Shown: positions 1 through 8,829 of the stretch, in pieces
Layout: each line of letters opens with the position of its first letter
Position numbering within the stretch: the first letter of the stretch is position 1
IMG/VR virus record: IMGVR_UViG_3300020048_000136
Reading direction: 5' to 3' (one strand)
DNA length: 64,000 nt
Source: a virus
Position numbers and translations under genes: made by a program
The notes under the pieces: generated by a model
Databases searched by the model: none
The model's input: the letters and a program-made list of their open reading frames with translations, nothing else
Told to the model about the DNA's origin: nothing

Positions 1-236
1 TATTCATCCTATTTAATATGGCATAGTATGACGAGTCATACATAGCCATTAGTTAGCCAATAAGCCACTTTCAAGTCGTGTTATAAAACTCAGTCCAATC
101 CAAGACAGCATCGCAACAATTCAGATACAGCAGCAGTGGCCTATTGCTAACAGCAACTATATGGCAATGCTTTGCGGTCGTGTTTGAAACAGTAGTGGTC
201 AGTATCATAATTATTTTTTGGATTGAGTTAACGAGG

Positions 237-410
237 CTACATAAACCTAACTTTGTGTATGGTAAATTCACCGTGAATAATCGGGAACTTTTTAGATTTC
301 AGCGAGTGATACGGCAGTACATCAAATCCCTTCGCTTCGCACAACTTTTTGAAGTTGCCACAAACTTCAATAGTAGGTGCAACTATTACTATTACTGATT
401 GCCGCTTCAT
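237..410 (-). CDS. small hypothetical protein (57 aa, below track cutoff)
   Basis: ATG at 410-408 and TAG at 239-237. Translation MKRQSVIVIVAPTIEVCGNFKKLCEAKGFDVLPYHSLKSKKFPIIHGEFTIHKVRFM. ATGA overlap with the upstream ORF; same strand as the whole left block. Confidence 0.35.
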   Translation of the reverse strand: MKRQSVIVIVAPTIEVCGNFKKLCEAKGFDVLPYHSLKSKKFPIIHGEFTIHKVRFM

Positions 411-556
411 GATTTACAATTTTTTACAATCCATTGCATAATTTCATCAGCCATAGCATCAATATCGTCCGTATCTATCCATGTACCTTCGCGCCCGTCG
501 TTATCGGTTTGCCAAGTTCCGTAATCTGATATAATTTTAATTAATTCGTCCTTCAT
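407..556 (-). CDS. small acidic hypothetical protein (49 aa, below track cutoff)
   Basis: ATG at 556-554 and TGA at 409-407. Translation MKDELIKIISDYGTWQTDNDGREGTWIDTDDIDAMADEIMQWIVKNCKS. Stop overlaps the next start (ATGA). Confidence 0.35.
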   Translation of the reverse strand: MKDELIKIISDYGTWQTDNDGREGTWIDTDDIDAMADEIMQWIVKNCKS

Positions 557-599
557 TTTATTTGCCCGTGTAGCCGATAGCGAAGCTGTTATGTGTGGG

Positions 600-830
600 T
601 TAAAGGTTTTTAATATTTTCTTCTATTTGTTCTTTAGTATAAACATCTGTATTTTTTATAACACCGATATGCCTAAAATCTGATGGGTATTTATCTCTTA
701 ATGATAATGACCCGATTTTAAAATTACCATTTTCAAAATCAATAATAACAGAATCAAATGCGGTTAGTGTAATTAAAACATTTTGTATTAATTCTGATGG
801 TAAAATGTTTAAGATTTCTGCTGCTTTCAT
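600..830 (-). CDS. hypothetical protein (76 aa)
   Basis: Track ORF, co-oriented with the early block. Confidence 0.5.
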   Translation of the reverse strand: MKAAEILNILPSELIQNVLITLTAFDSVIIDFENGNFKIGSLSLRDKYPSDFRHIGVIKNTDVYTKEQIEENIKNL

Positions 831-1076
831 GGCTTTGTGTTTTAAAGAAATAGCTTCGTTGCTGTTTCATGATGTAAAGATACAACATATATTTCTATTT
901 GGTACTCTTATTTGTAATTATTTTCATTATTCTTCTAAATTTATATTGATTCTAAATAAGAGTAGAACGAGCAAGTAAAAAATAATTATTTACTTCAGTA
1001 ATCTTTATTCACTTCGCAGCGTACTTTACGCACTGCATATAGTTGCAGCCGTTACCCTCAATAAATAATTGACGAG

Positions 1077-1463
1077 TTAACGCGAAAGCTCGGCAATCAA
1101 TTCAGTACCATTTAAAACATCCCACAAGTTTTGAAGTTGATGAACAAACTCTGGCTGCACTTTTAACTGTTTCGATTCATACCACCAACCGTGATTTGTA
1201 TTATAGGTTAATGGATATTTCCTATAAACCATAAATCTGTTATTAGGAGAATCAGCATTCATTAATTCGGGTTCAAATCCAATATCAATTAACCACTTTT
1301 CAGTTATAGATATTGGCTCATATCCTTCAAATTTCTTACCTTCTGAATTAGCGAAATCAGCATTAACAAATGTTTGTATTCTGATGTGGTGATATTCCAC
1401 TTCAATGATACTTTCACCGTGTTTTACTAAATTTCCCACTCTCAATTCTTGTACTTTTATCAT
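1077..1463 (-). CDS. hypothetical protein (128 aa)
   Basis: Track ORF with protein-like composition. Confidence 0.6.
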   Translation of the reverse strand: MIKVQELRVGNLVKHGESIIEVEYHHIRIQTFVNADFANSEGKKFEGYEPISITEKWLIDIGFEPELMNADSPNNRFMVYRKYPLTYNTNHGWWYESKQLKVQPEFVHQLQNLWDVLNGTELIAELSR

Positions 1464-1576
1464 GTTTCATCAATTATTAGGTAAAGTGAGTATTAAAGTC
1501 AATTATTAACTGAGGGTAACATTCGCTATGTTGCACTGGTAGAAGCGACAACATAGCTCAGTACCGTTATGTGCCA

Positions 1577-1801
1577 TTAATCGGGCAGAATAATCCCCAT
1601 CGGCATTACGTTTCTTAGCTTCAAAATATATAAAGCTAATTTAGTTCTACCATAGAAACAGTTATCACAAGAACAATCGTGTTTCGATGTTGCAGTATAA
1701 CCTTCTTCTTTGATTTCTTCTTCGGTCATATAACTTTTAACGCCATCAGGATTTCTTGTATCATAGTAGCATAATTTTTCAGCTATTTCGGACATTTTCA
1801 T
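1577..1801 (-). CDS. hypothetical Cys-containing protein (about 74 aa)
   Basis: Track ORF 1577..1849. An internal start (MKMSEIAEK, ATG at 1801 or 1795) is preferred because the N-terminal extension looks non-coding. Contains a CSCDNCFYG motif. Confidence 0.5.
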   Translation of the reverse strand: MKMSEIAEKLCYYDTRNPDGVKSYMTEEEIKEEGYTATSKHDCSCDNCFYGRTKLALYILKLRNVMPMGIILPD

Positions 1802-1920
1802 AATTCTAAATTTAACAGCACATAACAAGGTATATATGTTATACACCAATGAGTGTTGTACTTAATTTTAAAGTTTGTGGATAGGCGTACAACACATATA
1901 CCTAACCGTTATACGCAAGG

Positions 1921-2235
1921 CTAAATTCCTGCTAACTTATAACGTCCGTTGTCCCCATGAGCCAATAAATAATACAACTCAAACCATTCAACAGTGCTTT
2001 CTAAAGCAATAAAAGTTCTTTTTGAACTATGCCACACACGGTAGTAATAGCTTCCAAATGATATTGAAATTCTATCTCTGTCTTTAATGTTTGGTTCAAT
2101 GTAGTAACCGTTTTCTTCTACCCATCCACGTTCAATTAAGTGTTGTGGTGTTAATTGTGTTCCGTGTTTCACAATGTTAATTGCGATAACTTTTTTTGCT
2201 AATTTGAATAGCCATTTGTAAATCTTCTTTTTCAT
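1921..2235 (-). CDS. hypothetical protein (104 aa)
   Basis: Track ORF. Confidence 0.6.
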   Translation of the reverse strand: MKKKIYKWLFKLAKKVIAINIVKHGTQLTPQHLIERGWVEENGYYIEPNIKDRDRISISFGSYYYRVWHSSKRTFIALESTVEWFELYYLLAHGDNGRYKLAGI

Positions 2236-2321
2236 GTTGTATTATTTATTTGTTGTTAATTAAAATTTTCGTTCCTAAACCGCACAGCGTATAACAGCAC
2301 CTTACGGAGGTCTTATAAAAA

Positions 2322-2477
2322 CTACTCCATATATCCCTGTCCATCTCTTTCATAATATTTATGAAATCCTAATAAACAAAGAATACTTTTATTTCTATTT
2401 CTAATATCTCCACTTATTGTTTTTTTAGTCCATTTAAAGTGTCGAGAAATCAGCCAATATTTTACAGTATTTTTCAT
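2322..2477 (-). CDS. small basic hypothetical protein (51 aa, below track cutoff)
   Basis: ATG at 2477-2475 and TAG at 2324-2322. Translation MKNTVKYWLISRHFKWTKKTISGDIRNRNKSILCLLGFHKYYERDGQGYME. Fills an otherwise empty 280-nt gap. Confidence 0.35.
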   Translation of the reverse strand: MKNTVKYWLISRHFKWTKKTISGDIRNRNKSILCLLGFHKYYERDGQGYME

Positions 2478-2512
2478 AATTTTCTAAGTTTAGGTAAAAC
2501 GTGTTTAATTGT

Positions 2513-2824
2513 TTATTTCCCATATTCTTTTCGATTAAATTCTGTGAAAAACTGACTGAACAACTGTCCTGTCGTGTATATGTTCCTTGTTGTTATGATG
2601 CTTGCAAGTTTACGCACCCAATACTTGTGGTTAAAGTCTGTGGGGGATGTAGTGTAAACAAAATGATTAAATTGTAACCACTCAGCAAATGCTATTGATA
2701 CAGCCTCTATCCTTGGAGTAATCTCGCAGAGAGTCTCGTGTATCGTATGTAAGTCATATCCTGTAAGTTCATCTCTACCCTCCATGGCATCATGAACTTT
2801 ATAAATCATATCAGATATCTCCAT
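2513..2824 (-). CDS. hypothetical protein (103 aa)
   Basis: Track ORF 2513..2872. The internal ATG at 2824 (MEISDMIYK) lies 2 nt after the stop of the upstream gene at 2827. Confidence 0.55.
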   Translation of the reverse strand: MEISDMIYKVHDAMEGRDELTGYDLHTIHETLCEITPRIEAVSIAFAEWLQFNHFVYTTSPTDFNHKYWVRKLASIITTRNIYTTGQLFSQFFTEFNRKEYGK

Positions 2825-2826
2825 AA

Positions 2827-3120
2827 CTATTCGTCTAAAATGTTTTTGTATACGCACCCATCTCCATCCCAATCCGATATCTCCACCTCGTCCCCAACTT
2901 TATCATATGCAATCATATACGGACTGTCTATAACCAATAGAAACGCAGTCAATATCTCATCCCTGAAGATTATATAATCCTTGTGTGTGTCAAAGATAAA
3001 CTCCCCCAATATCTCCCACCGTGATGGGAATATGCCCACGGACATATCTCCCTTGTCTTGAACCACCAACTTCTGAATAGTTACAGGTTGGTTCTGCTGT
3101 GATACTCGTATCCTTGCCAT
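2827..3120 (-). CDS. hypothetical protein (97 aa)
   Basis: Track ORF, tightly packed against the helicase gene. Confidence 0.55.
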   Translation of the reverse strand: MARIRVSQQNQPVTIQKLVVQDKGDMSVGIFPSRWEILGEFIFDTHKDYIIFRDEILTAFLLVIDSPYMIAYDKVGDEVEISDWDGDGCVYKNILDE

Positions 3121-3122
3121 GT

Positions 3123-4577
3123 TTATAAATTTAAGGTTAGTAAATCTCTTTTAAAGTGTCTAAGCGTGTAGTCCTTCTTCTTGGTAACAGCCTTGTAAAT
3201 CATTGGCTCAATCCCTCCCTCAGAGAATACCCAATAAACATCATTCTTCAGCCTATCCTTTGTCGTCATCCTGTCCCGTGACTGCCAATAGCTTGTTGCG
3301 CTAAAGTCAATATTAAAATAAACAAGGCAGTCGGCTTGCTTCAGCGATATACCTTCCCTGCCCGAAACAATCTGAAGAGCAATTGATTTGTCCGTGTCTT
3401 CGAAGACATTAAGTTCAGTTGTTAGGTCATCACCGAATACCTTCTTCAGTACATTTAGCTCCTCAATGAACTTATAGAAGATTCCAATCTTCTTTCCGTT
3501 AAAGTAAGAGCGGATGAAGTCAGCCTTGGAGGTATCTATTATCATTGAATTCCCACTCTCAAACTTCACCGTGCCTGAGTACATTTGGTGTAGCTTCATC
3601 ATCAACTTCACAGGAGTATCTCCCAAGATAACCTCCTCCTTGCCTTCAATAACCAAGTCCTTGCGCAGGTTGGCAGTTAACTTATAAGTTAAGTCGCTCA
3701 TGCGAACCTTCAATACAGTCTCAATTGTTTGAACTACAAATCCCGCATCCTTTTGAGAGTACTGAATAGTGTATGGCTTCATCGCCTGTAGGATATCTTC
3801 GCTACCGTGAGAGTAATCCCTCATGAACAATCCATTTATCTTCTTCTCCTTCACATCCACATACCTGTCACAGAATCTGTAGAAATTAGAGAACTCATTG
3901 AATGGATTATTTGGGATGCCATAAACTTGATGATACATCTGAGAGTACGATTCGGGTGTTGGAGTGCCTGACATCAGTATAACCTTGGGTCTGAACCTCT
4001 TGACAATGTCATGGATGCTCTTCGCACGTATACTCGGCTTGGGGAATGCACCCATAGAGTGTGACTCATCGCAAATTACCACATCCCACTTAGTTTGTGG
4101 TATCTTGTGCAAACTTTCATAGTTTACTACGTGCAACTCAAAGGATGGATTTAAGAGGTTGTAATCACTTATGATGGACGACATAGCCTTCTTCTTCGTT
4201 ACGAAGAGAACGTGCGCCACATCCAAGGAATCGCATATCCCAAGACTTGTTAAGGTCTTTCCTGTTCTCACCTCCATGGCAAGGAGCAGAAATCCATGCT
4301 TTCGGATGACCTCTGCTCCACTTTTAATTATCTCCTTCTGATATTCTCGTAGTTCCACGTTGCTTATTTTAGGGTTGCTGCTGTAGTATTCGATGCTATT
4401 TAAAATCCTGTGTGTATACTTTGGCTCATCCACGTACTTCCTATTCTTGGTGATGGTCGTTCCCTTCTTTGTTGTCTTCACGATATCATACTCAGATAGC
4501 ATAACATCACGAAGCAGCTTGCAATACTGAACCATGTCCTCATTTGAGTACCCTATTGTTCTGTTTATTATATCCAT
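3123..4577 (-). CDS. SNF2/DEAD-like superfamily 2 helicase
   Basis: Walker A EVRTGKTLTS, DExH box VICDESH, motif III MSGTPTPES, and C-terminal helicase motifs SGREGISL and QSRDRMTT. Confidence 0.8.
   Translation of the reverse strand: MDIINRTIGYSNEDMVQYCKLLRDVMLSEYDIVKTTKKGTTITKNRKYVDEPKYTHRILNSIEYYSSNPKISNVELREYQKEIIKSGAEVIRKHGFLLLAMEVRTGKTLTSLGICDSLDVAHVLFVTKKKAMSSIISDYNLLNPSFELHVVNYESLHKIPQTKWDVVICDESHSMGAFPKPSIRAKSIHDIVKRFRPKVILMSGTPTPESYSQMYHQVYGIPNNPFNEFSNFYRFCDRYVDVKEKKINGLFMRDYSHGSEDILQAMKPYTIQYSQKDAGFVVQTIETVLKVRMSDLTYKLTANLRKDLVIEGKEEVILGDTPVKLMMKLHQMYSGTVKFESGNSMIIDTSKADFIRSYFNGKKIGIFYKFIEELNVLKKVFGDDLTTELNVFEDTDKSIALQIVSGREGISLKQADCLVYFNIDFSATSYWQSRDRMTTKDRLKNDVYWVFSEGGIEPMIYKAVTKKKDYTLRHFKRDLLTLNL
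3395..3408. repeat. palindrome TGTCTTCGAAGACA (inside the SNF2 helicase ORF; read as VFED)
   Basis: Exact match read from the sequence. Confidence 0.95.
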
Positions 4578-4578
4578 C

Positions 4579-4914
4579 CTATCTCCTTTTTATTTTACCG
4601 TCACAACTTATGCATCGCATATTTTTAGAGTATCCCTTTATTACGGGGTGGTCACATTCACATTCATGACTACTTTTATAATCGCCCTTGAACATATTCT
4701 TATAAGCTACCGTTAACTCAGCGCATATCTCATACATTTCATGGTCACGAAAATATTCTATTATCAACTGAAAGTATTCTTCGTCAATTGGGACATCGGG
4801 GTTATGCCCGAATACAATAATGTCGCTCTCTATTATGTCATCCATGGTTGCCTTATTGGTAAGCAGGTTGTAGGAGTTAATCATTGCCAAGTGCATTGTC
4901 TGAGTCTCGTTCAT
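4579..4914 (-). CDS. hypothetical protein with C-terminal Cys4 zinc-ribbon-like motif (111 aa)
   Basis: Track ORF. C-terminus reads CECDHP...CISCDGK. Confidence 0.55.
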   Translation of the reverse strand: MNETQTMHLAMINSYNLLTNKATMDDIIESDIIVFGHNPDVPIDEEYFQLIIEYFRDHEMYEICAELTVAYKNMFKGDYKSSHECECDHPVIKGYSKNMRCISCDGKIKRR

Positions 4915-4918
4915 AGAT

Positions 4919-7336
4919 TTATGTTTCTGAGGTTATTGAATCTGTATCATGCCTTGTACGAATCTTCATCCACCTTCCTGACATATCTCTACCATCCTCA
5001 GGCATAACACCCTCTTTGAACATAGCATATGAGATAAGCCATTTGTAGAATCGTGTACGGGATATGGTCATCTTTGACCGTGAACCATAGTCGGGGTATT
5101 CGTTTATAAAGTCGTTGAATAGTTCTTGCTTATAAAGTTTAACACCTGCTTCTAACAATCTGTTAGGCTCAGTACCTTCAATAATTCCGCACCATTCAAT
5201 GAATTCATGTGATGACTCTGCTGATAGTTGGCGAATCTTAAGGTTTACAAACTTAGCTTTAACCAAGCCTGTATTAAGGTATCCCTGTAAGCAGCTAATC
5301 ATGTAGTTGTCGAATTCGCACCAATCGTCATCATTCCAATCCCCGAACATCAGTTTCCCGAACTCATCAAGAGGAGTGAACTCCTTTGTGTAATACTGAT
5401 GAAGTTCAAGTTCCCACTTCCTACGTGCAAATGAATTACCTGCACCCTTAATAGCATAGTTGGTTGTGATGGCAATTTTCGGTGATTTGCTGAATGGAAT
5501 CTTGATGGCATCTTTGTTCTTCTTCTCCAATGTCAGCCCCTCGGTGACAACGCTGAACAGACGTTCAAAATCGAAGTGCTTCTTAACGTCATCGAATACA
5601 AGAATCTGAGTGTCTGCCGATACTAACTGATAAGCGAATGACCGCTCAAAAGTAAATGACTTTCCGTCAATAGTTACAACCTTCTTCATGTGACTCAATG
5701 CATTCATAAAGATTCCCTTTCCTGTGCCACCCTCAGGGTTATCACTTATAACCTCATCGTTAAGAATTATAGCAGGGCAGAATGAAAGATTCTTATGTGC
5801 ATGAAGCATAAACCCAATTGTACTATGCATTGAATCTACTCGGCTCTTATCGCCACCACAGATGTTTGATATAAACCTCTTGTAGTCGCAGGACTTTGTA
5901 ACCTTACAGATGTTGAACACCCTGTCAATTACGTGGTCTTTCCAAACATAACCGCCAAGGTCAAGATAGTCTATCGGTATAATCTCATCCTTTGAAACCA
6001 TAACAGCGCAGTTCTTGTAGTAGATGTAAGCCTCGGTAGCCGTATCAGCAATAAAGTAAATGTCGATTGTGGAAAGAAGAGTCAAGAACTCATCCTTAAA
6101 GAACCGTGTTTGGTCAGCGAAGTAGTTGTAAATCCCGACATCGTCTAACTCAATAACGTATGACAGTATGAAGTCTTTAATTTCCTTCTCTGATGTGTGG
6201 TCAATCAAGTTGTTGGTAACCTTTACAAACACATAGTTCTTGCTACCTTCGGGACAGTACTTGTAAAATCCATTGTCCTCAAGGAAGTGCTTGAAAAGTA
6301 TGTGGATTATCTGAATCCTACCCTTATCATTCTTAGACCAAAATATTTGCTTTGAGTTCTCCTCTTCAACTTTTGACAACACGGAATCAATAATATCGCT
6401 ATCCAAATTTGACTCCTGTAATTGGTAGCGAATCTCTTTTTTTGATACACCCCTCCTCAATTTAGTTTTTATAGCGTTAATCCTTTCTTCATCCTCATAG
6501 TACTTAGTTCCAAAGTTGGCTGTATTAAGATATGCTGAGTCAATTGTTCGCTGTATCTCCCGTGACGTGAAGTCTTCAGAAACATACTGCGTTAACACAA
6601 ATGATGCAAGGCTCTTGGCTACTCCAAAATCATTCATTGCCATTGCCAATACATATGTATTCTGATTGCGCTGCCCCGAAACCATTGGATACTTATGTAG
6701 CCACCATTTTGTTAGGATTTCAACAATCTTGTTCTCGTCTGTAATTGGGATTGTAGGAGAATCTCTGTTCTTGCTAACCTCATTATACGATGTTTCTTCT
6801 ATCGTATCCCAAATCGAACTGTTGATATTGACGTGAGTCCTTGGGTCATATGATTCGTAGCATACTCGGCTGATATTCTTGCTCGTCTTATCGAAGTATG
6901 GAGAGTTAAAATAATTCTCCAACGAATTGAAGTAGTTGAGATGATTTTCTACATCGGGTGGAATCTTAACAAGTATCTTTAGTCCATTGCCCGATGGTGA
7001 AATAAAAATTGCAAATACGTATTTGTTTTTTGAAAGAGTCTCCTTGTCTTGAAGAAGTTCCTTCTGAGTTTGATACCCGTCAAAGTCTAAGCAGATAAGC
7101 CCGCTATGGTCAATTATTGAGTTATCATTCCTCTTGGTAAAAGTTCCGCTAAAGCATATGGCAGGTAACTTCTTTTTCAATTCGTTACGCTCAGATTTAT
7201 TCTTCTCTAATCGTATCTTCTTTACAAGGTCTTTAGATGCTCCCTCCTTTATCCTCTCAAGGATTGTCATGACATCCCTATGGAACGGAGTGGCTGTTTC
7301 TTTTATAGTTTGGAATATTGTAACATTTGCTCCCAT
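4919..7336 (-). CDS. primase-helicase (N-terminal AEP/VirE-BT4734-like primase plus D5-like SF3 P-loop helicase)
   Basis: Acidic primase motif LICLDFDGY near the N-terminus. Walker A NPEGGTGKGIF and Walker B-like ILVFDDV in the C-terminal half. 805 aa. Confidence 0.8.
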   Translation of the reverse strand: MGANVTIFQTIKETATPFHRDVMTILERIKEGASKDLVKKIRLEKNKSERNELKKKLPAICFSGTFTKRNDNSIIDHSGLICLDFDGYQTQKELLQDKETLSKNKYVFAIFISPSGNGLKILVKIPPDVENHLNYFNSLENYFNSPYFDKTSKNISRVCYESYDPRTHVNINSSIWDTIEETSYNEVSKNRDSPTIPITDENKIVEILTKWWLHKYPMVSGQRNQNTYVLAMAMNDFGVAKSLASFVLTQYVSEDFTSREIQRTIDSAYLNTANFGTKYYEDEERINAIKTKLRRGVSKKEIRYQLQESNLDSDIIDSVLSKVEEENSKQIFWSKNDKGRIQIIHILFKHFLEDNGFYKYCPEGSKNYVFVKVTNNLIDHTSEKEIKDFILSYVIELDDVGIYNYFADQTRFFKDEFLTLLSTIDIYFIADTATEAYIYYKNCAVMVSKDEIIPIDYLDLGGYVWKDHVIDRVFNICKVTKSCDYKRFISNICGGDKSRVDSMHSTIGFMLHAHKNLSFCPAIILNDEVISDNPEGGTGKGIFMNALSHMKKVVTIDGKSFTFERSFAYQLVSADTQILVFDDVKKHFDFERLFSVVTEGLTLEKKNKDAIKIPFSKSPKIAITTNYAIKGAGNSFARRKWELELHQYYTKEFTPLDEFGKLMFGDWNDDDWCEFDNYMISCLQGYLNTGLVKAKFVNLKIRQLSAESSHEFIEWCGIIEGTEPNRLLEAGVKLYKQELFNDFINEYPDYGSRSKMTISRTRFYKWLISYAMFKEGVMPEDGRDMSGRWMKIRTRHDTDSITSET

Positions 7337-7506
7337 TTTATGTCGATTTTGATGACGTTAATTTAGTTGTAAGTTCCTAATAATCAGTAGCCATGTTAAT
7401 TATGTCGTTTATTTCTTTCTTTTACGTTTAGAAAAAAATAATATAATAGAATTATATATATAGAGAGATAAGGCTCTACTTTTTCGACATAATTGACATT
7501 TATAGG
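7337..7506. repeat. iteron-bearing AT-rich module, copy A
   Basis: ATGTCG(A) boxes at 7340 and 7402, and inverted (T)CGACAT/TGACAT boxes at 7484-7498. The core ATTATATATATAGAGAGATAAGG is about 75 percent identical to 19885-19932. Confidence 0.6.
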
Positions 7507-7511
7507 AGGTT

Positions 7512-7540
7512 AAAAAAGGGGACTATTACATCCCCCTTTT
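7512..7540 (-). terminator. rho-independent terminator after the SSB gene (bidirectional shape)
   Basis: Stem GGGGA/TCCCC with an 8-nt loop. It is followed by a T-run on both strands. Confidence 0.65.
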
Positions 7541-7562
7541 ATATTCCAACTACTGTATTGGT

Positions 7563-7874
7563 TTAGAATGGCAAGTCATCATCAATAGGGGCAGCGTTCC
7601 GAGTGGGTTGTGGAGCAGGAGCAGGTTGACGAGCAGGAGCAGGAGCAGCAGTAGTCTCATCTGCCGATTTAGGAGTGAATGTATCCAACTCCAAGTAGTA
7701 GCTTCCGCCCTTAGATTTGTTGATACTCAGGTTTACCCAACCATTCTTGATGTTTGCATTTAAGAAATCAACTGCATCCTCTACCTTGATTGATAGCTTT
7801 CCTACCACGAAGTCGGGTGCATTGTCTCTACGTTTGAAAGAGAATCCGTTAGCAAAGATTTTTTCTTCTGCCAT
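7563..7874 (-). CDS. ssb: single-stranded DNA-binding protein
   Basis: C-terminal acidic tip DDDLPF preceded by a Pro/Ala/Gln-rich linker, as in bacterial and phage SSBs. Sits among replication genes. Confidence 0.7.
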   Translation of the reverse strand: MAEEKIFANGFSFKRRDNAPDFVVGKLSIKVEDAVDFLNANIKNGWVNLSINKSKGGSYYLELDTFTPKSADETTAAPAPARQPAPAPQPTRNAAPIDDDLPF

Positions 7875-7977
7875 AATTGAAAGTTGTTTTTGTTTTTGTG
7901 TCCCAAATATTTATAATATAGTGCCGAAGATTGGAACGTACTTCGTCATTATATGGAGTGTCGTCAAAGACAAATCG

Positions 7978-8067
7978 TGGTTGGAATGGGAATCGAACCC
8001 ATACTCCGCAGAAGATACCCCACTTTCGTGGCTCGACTACATAGTGCTGCCATTACACTATCCAACC
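7978..8067 (-). tRNA. tRNA-like gene with a non-canonical, expanded anticodon arm (no assignable anticodon)
   Basis: Minus-strand RNA has acceptor stem GGUUGGA/UCCAACC and a D-arm GUG(U)-AAUGGCA-(G)CAC. The T-arm is AUGGG-UUCGAUU-CCCAU, the discriminator is A, and no CCA is encoded. The anticodon position holds stem UGUAG/CUGCG enclosing 25 nt, which include a CCAC-GAAA-GUGG hairpin. Confidence 0.55.
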
Positions 8068-8086
8068 CCCTTTATATTAAAGGGTA

Positions 8087-8827
8087 TTAATTATCAATTA
8101 TCTCGTCAATGTAATAGTTCTCAATGTCCTCAGGATGACCTTGGGCGAAGAACTTATTGAATACCTCAATTGCCCTTGCAACCTTGAACTCGCCATTCTT
8201 AACGAATGCTTCAGTAGGTCTGAAGATTCCAAGCTGTTGAGTCTCTTTATCGATGACAAAGAAGATGAGCGGTTTTCCGAAGAGTATTTGGTAGATGTAT
8301 GCTTGGCTGTCGTAGTTGTACATACGTGCCGACCATTTGAACTTATTGATGTCACTTGTGGTCTTCAAGTCGATTATGCAATTATCGGTTACGATATCCG
8401 CTTTCCCCTTCCACATCATTCCTTGAATCTGACCAACAGCAGGTTCTTCAAACTTGTTGCCAACCTTGTAAATCTCATCAAAGAAATATATGTTTGATTT
8501 CATTACGCTCGCAAGGCTGACAATATTGTCGTACTCCTTCTTCAGCATAACAAAGTCAAGGTTGTTAGTCTCAATGAACGCTTTGTACTCTTTTGTGGTA
8601 CGTGTTGTGACATCTACAAACTGAACCAATTTAGCTTTCTCCTGCTCTATCAGAAGTTGGTGGAAGAATCTCCCCTCGGCAAATGCCTTGGAGTCTTCAC
8701 GCTCAACCCCGAATAATTTAGGGTTTGAAAGTAATATTCCGATATCGGAATTTGATAAGTAATTCTTTCCTACACCCGTGTAGTACTCGGAATCAGTCTT
8801 CAGTAAATCAATTACGGCTTTATCCAT
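8087..8827 (-). CDS. PD-(D/E)XK (RecB/Cas4-like) exonuclease
   Basis: Motifs GKADIV...IIDLKT and QAYIYQ. Immediately adjacent to the annealing-protein gene, forming a recombination pair. Confidence 0.7.
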   Translation of the reverse strand: MDKAVIDLLKTDSEYYTGVGKNYLSNSDIGILLSNPKLFGVEREDSKAFAEGRFFHQLLIEQEKAKLVQFVDVTTRTTKEYKAFIETNNLDFVMLKKEYDNIVSLASVMKSNIYFFDEIYKVGNKFEEPAVGQIQGMMWKGKADIVTDNCIIDLKTTSDINKFKWSARMYNYDSQAYIYQILFGKPLIFFVIDKETQQLGIFRPTEAFVKNGEFKVARAIEVFNKFFAQGHPEDIENYYIDEIIDN

Positions 8828-8829
8828 GG

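Noticed and set aside
71-398. Track ORFs 71..271 (minus) and 144..398 (plus) at the left edge.
   Set aside because: They overlap each other and the better-packed 57-codon minus ORF 237..410. Their composition is not convincing, so coding status at 1-236 is left unresolved.
7717-8160. 147-aa plus-strand ORF across ssb, the tRNA-like gene and the exonuclease 3' end.
   Set aside because: It is antisense to recognisable genes and reads through an RNA gene. It is likely a frame left open by chance.
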